Source of the DNA: Candidatus Thorarchaeota archaeon
Lineage (GTDB): Archaea > Asgardarchaeota > Thorarchaeia > Thorarchaeales > Thorarchaeaceae
Direction of reading: 5' to 3'
DNA length: 20,057 nt
Assembly (NCBI GenBank): GCA_003345545.1
Contig: PRDH01000010.1
Span: forward strand, 1 to 20,057
This document shows, piece after piece, positions 17,664 through 20,057 of this stretch (the stretch's first letter is position 1; each line of letters starts with the position of its first letter). Under the pieces are notes generated by a model. That model did not search any database, was not told the DNA's origin, and was given only the letters and a program-made list of their open reading frames with translations. A program made the translations under genes and the position numbers.

Positions 17664-19151
17664 CTAGGAAACGAGCAATTCTGGAATGACGGCTTCAGCC
17701 ATGTCCTTAAGATAGTGCAAACCAGCAGCCTCCGCGGTTTTCAGGACTCTCTTGAGCATCCTTCGTGATTGTGCGATTCGACCTTGTTTGAATCTGAACT
17801 TTGCCTGAAGAAGCAGGGCCTGTGCGGCGAATCCTGGCAGCTCCCTGCCCTCTACCTGTTTCATCAGTCTCAGCATCCAGGGACCCGAGAATTCCGTCTT
17901 AGCAGCCTTTCTGTCAGTAGGGTATGCTTCAATCTCTACGTCGGTCATATGTACAAGAGTCGTATTAATGTAGGCGAGGCCTCTGAGCCGATCGAATATG
18001 TCCAGAGCTTCCTCCAGCGAGAACAGTGCAGACGAGTATTCATGATTCCGTTTTTCGATTAACCCTTCAATGAAATTGATCCGCCCAATATTGAATTCAT
18101 CTCCGGTTTTCAATGAGGCTTCTTTTGCTTCATCCAAGACTCGAGCAGCTTCGTCGATTCGATCAAGATTGAGCAGAGCCCAAGCCTCTTGAGCCTGTGC
18201 AAAGCACACTGCAGACGAGGCCATGTCTTTCTTCCCATCAATTGCCAATTCCAATGCTGCCTTTCCATTTCCTTTTAGATTGTAGAGAAACGCAACTACG
18301 CATTTCATAAGACCCACGGGAAGGCCCATAGATTCTCGTACTACAATGTACTCACTCTGATAGTCAATGGCGGCATCATACTCGCCCCTTGCCATTGCTA
18401 TATGGCCTAAGCAATGTGCATTCAACCCGCCAGCATCAACATATCCTATCCGGTCACAGATGCCTTTCTGAACTTTCAAGATACTCACTGCTTCACCAAG
18501 ACTCACATTCTTCACCATGTTAGCTTTCTCAAACAGGAGGTTAGCTAGCTTCTCCAGATCGTCGTGTTTCGTTGCTAGTGAGATAGCTTGATCATACCAC
18601 ATTCTTGCCTCTTCGATGTTGCCTTCTGCTGCAAGTCGTGTTGCCTTGATTCTATGAAGAGATGCGAGGAAGAAGTTGTACTCATCATCACTCTTGATCT
18701 TCGATTCTAAGATATCAAGGGGTGCATAGTCTGAATCGGAGTCTGCAGAATAGAAGAACTCGATGAATTCTCGCCAAGCCATATACACATGACATGCCAT
18801 CCAGTCACTGCCTGTCATCTTGACTGCTGCAGCCATAGCCTTCTGAAAAGCACTCCACTTGACAGGGTCACCTCTACGAGCGTAGTATGTGAGCTCGAAC
18901 GGATGAGTGAGATCTGAACCTACTCGTGCATCCATGAGTCTTTTGAGCAGCTTGTACTTGCCTTGAAGATAGGCGTGGAAATAGGCGAAGTAGGTCAATA
19001 GAGCGGATGCGTTTTTCTTCAATGCCTTCTCGCACAGACGCTCAGCAAAGTCATCGTAGTTTCTAGCTTCATTCATGACTGCCTGCAGTATGCTCTTGGT
19101 GTCCTCATCCACATACGGAAAACAGGCAGTTATGGTGCCAAGATGCTTCAC
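17664..19151 (-). CDS. Tetratricopeptide-repeat (TPR) protein, cytoplasmic
   Basis: Helical repeats such as GNIEEARMWYDQAISLA, LGHIAMARGEYDAAIDY, LDRIDEAARVLDEAKEA, EYSSALFSLEEALDIF and QGRIAQSRRMLKRVLKTA. GTG 19151 (MKHLGTIT..FPYVDEDTKSIL) with GGGG upstream is preferred over 19274. Confidence 0.85.
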   Translation of the reverse strand: MKHLGTITACFPYVDEDTKSILQAVMNEARNYDDFAERLCEKALKKNASALLTYFAYFHAYLQGKYKLLKRLMDARVGSDLTHPFELTYYARRGDPVKWSAFQKAMAAAVKMTGSDWMACHVYMAWREFIEFFYSADSDSDYAPLDILESKIKSDDEYNFFLASLHRIKATRLAAEGNIEEARMWYDQAISLATKHDDLEKLANLLFEKANMVKNVSLGEAVSILKVQKGICDRIGYVDAGGLNAHCLGHIAMARGEYDAAIDYQSEYIVVRESMGLPVGLMKCVVAFLYNLKGNGKAALELAIDGKKDMASSAVCFAQAQEAWALLNLDRIDEAARVLDEAKEASLKTGDEFNIGRINFIEGLIEKRNHEYSSALFSLEEALDIFDRLRGLAYINTTLVHMTDVEIEAYPTDRKAAKTEFSGPWMLRLMKQVEGRELPGFAAQALLLQAKFRFKQGRIAQSRRMLKRVLKTAEAAGLHYLKDMAEAVIPELLVS

Positions 19152-19309
19152 TCTTAACAACCCCAGACCGACGAAATCGGTATGGAATAGCTGACCTTCT
19201 ACATCAGTCTTGTGGCACACCGAATTCTTCCTAAAACATCGTGATGTGCAACAGGATCGTGGGTATGAGTTCATCTCATATAGAGTACCGCGGAATCTTC
19301 ACGAATCAT

Positions 19310-19353
19310 TATTACAGATAGGTTTATTACATGTATTGTGTAATACTATTACA
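19310..19353. promoter_or_regulatory. Array of four TATTACA heptamers (three direct, one inverted), putative operator
   Basis: TATTACA at 19310-19316, 19325-19331 and 19347-19353, and TGTAATA at 19339-19345; TGTAATA-C-TATTACA is a palindrome with perfect 7-bp arms. Confidence 0.55.
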
Positions 19354-19468
19354 AGGCTTTCTTGAACCTCCATTGAATCAGGAGCGTCATAGGAACATGA
19401 GCAGTCGGCGTGGACTCCCAGGATTTGTGCATCGGCGTCTAAAGCCTTGTATAAGAGAGGAGATAGAT

Positions 19469-19810
19469 ATGAACTATTCAAAGAAATCAAGGATGGGTCT
19501 TGCAGTGGGACTCTTCCTAGTCCTATCAACTATCGCCTTCGGCACAGTCTTCTATGTCGCCCTATCGGCAAGTAACGTAGAGATTGTTGTTTCTGAAGAC
19601 GATGCAAGAAGAAGTGTTAACGATCAAGCGCTTCGTGTGAATGAGGATTACCTCGTTTCAGCTCACAACAGGTTCCGTGGAGGACCTATTGACATTCTGC
19701 CATACTACGACCCACGCTTGGGAATTCCGCGGGATGGATTTGTGATACTGCCAGAACTCAGACCCCTTTCCAGCATTCAGCGTGGTCCAATAGTGATTCT
19801 ACCGTTCTAA
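19469..19810 (+). CDS. Small exported/membrane-anchored protein (113 aa) with three C-terminal R-G..ILP repeats; candidate peptide precursor
   Basis: SD GAGGAG before ATG 19469; basic N-region (KKSR) and hydrophobic helix (MGLAVGLFLVLSTIAFGTVFYVALSA); repeats RGGPIDILPY, RDGFVILPE and RGPIVILPF-stop; a terminator follows. Confidence 0.75.
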   Translation: MNYSKKSRMGLAVGLFLVLSTIAFGTVFYVALSASNVEIVVSEDDARRSVNDQALRVNEDYLVSAHNRFRGGPIDILPYYDPRLGIPRDGFVILPELRPLSSIQRGPIVILPF

Positions 19811-19851
19811 GATCTGTAAGAGGTATTCTCTCGATCAAGAAACCTGAAACT

Positions 19852-19882
19852 GGGGGAGTCCAACTCCCCCTTCTATTTCTTT
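19852..19882 (+). terminator. GC hairpin plus T-rich tail after the small protein gene
   Basis: GGGGGAG-TCCAA-CTCCCCC (19852-19870) followed by TTCTATTTCTTT. Confidence 0.7.
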
Positions 19883-19938
19883 CGTAGTCACCATGAAGGA
19901 ACTCTAAACATCAATGATAGGTGGACACAGAGTCGATA

Positions 19939-20057
19939 TCACTCAGATTCTTTGAATACCTCGAAAGCATGTTTCTTCGCGGAATCCCTCAGTTTTCGGA
20001 TTTCAGTCGCTTGTTTCTTGACCTCCTCAAAGAGAGACTCACGTTCTGAAATTGCTT
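19939..20057 (-). CDS. 3' end of a gene entering from the right edge (helical/coiled-coil C-terminus)
   Basis: Open frame ...AISERESLFEEVKKQATEIRKLRDSAKKHAFEVFKESE-TGA (stop at 19939-19941), convergent with the small protein gene. Confidence 0.6.
   Translation of the reverse strand, partial: AISERESLFEEVKKQATEIRKLRDSAKKHAFEVFKESE

Noticed and set aside
19152-19468. ORF-track N-terminal extensions of the TPR protein (to 19274) and the small protein (from 19331), and ORF 19299-19529
   Set aside because: The extensions read as non-protein-like, SD motifs support starts at 19151 and 19469, and the region looks like a divergent promoter.
1-20057. CRISPR arrays, tRNA/rRNA genes, transposases or integrases
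   Set aside because: No regularly spaced repeats, cloverleaf/T-loop signatures or mobile-element proteins were seen on manual reading; a tRNAscan/Infernal run would be definitive.

Overview
Archaeal chromosomal window, most likely from an Asgard archaeon such as Thorarchaeia. This is an inference from TTAATA/TATAAG TATA boxes about 40 nt upstream of starts, frequent TTG/GTG starts, an Lrp/AsnC regulator, a C-terminally anchored sequon-rich ABC binding protein and the TPR protein type. Left edge: a secreted, membrane-anchored beta-propeller protein that is partial and missing from the ORF track. Centre (2.2-16.0 kb): a beta-glucoside/cello-oligosaccharide utilisation locus with a divergent Lrp/AsnC regulator, a GH3 beta-glucosidase, a GH94 cellobiose-phosphorylase-like enzyme, a Dpp/Opp-type ABC importer with a Thermotoga TM0031-like binding protein, and a convergent GH116 (GBA2-like) beta-glucosidase. 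Right part: a GNAT acetyltransferase, a protein with a putative split PH/GRAM fold, and a large TPR protein. The TPR gene is divergent from a 113-aa exported protein ending in three Arg-preceded G..ILP repeats, and the spacer between them holds a four-copy TATTACA array. That cassette is the best candidate for an undescribed system, a possible archaeal peptide-signal/TPR-receptor pair. No rRNA, tRNA, CRISPR or mobile element was seen.
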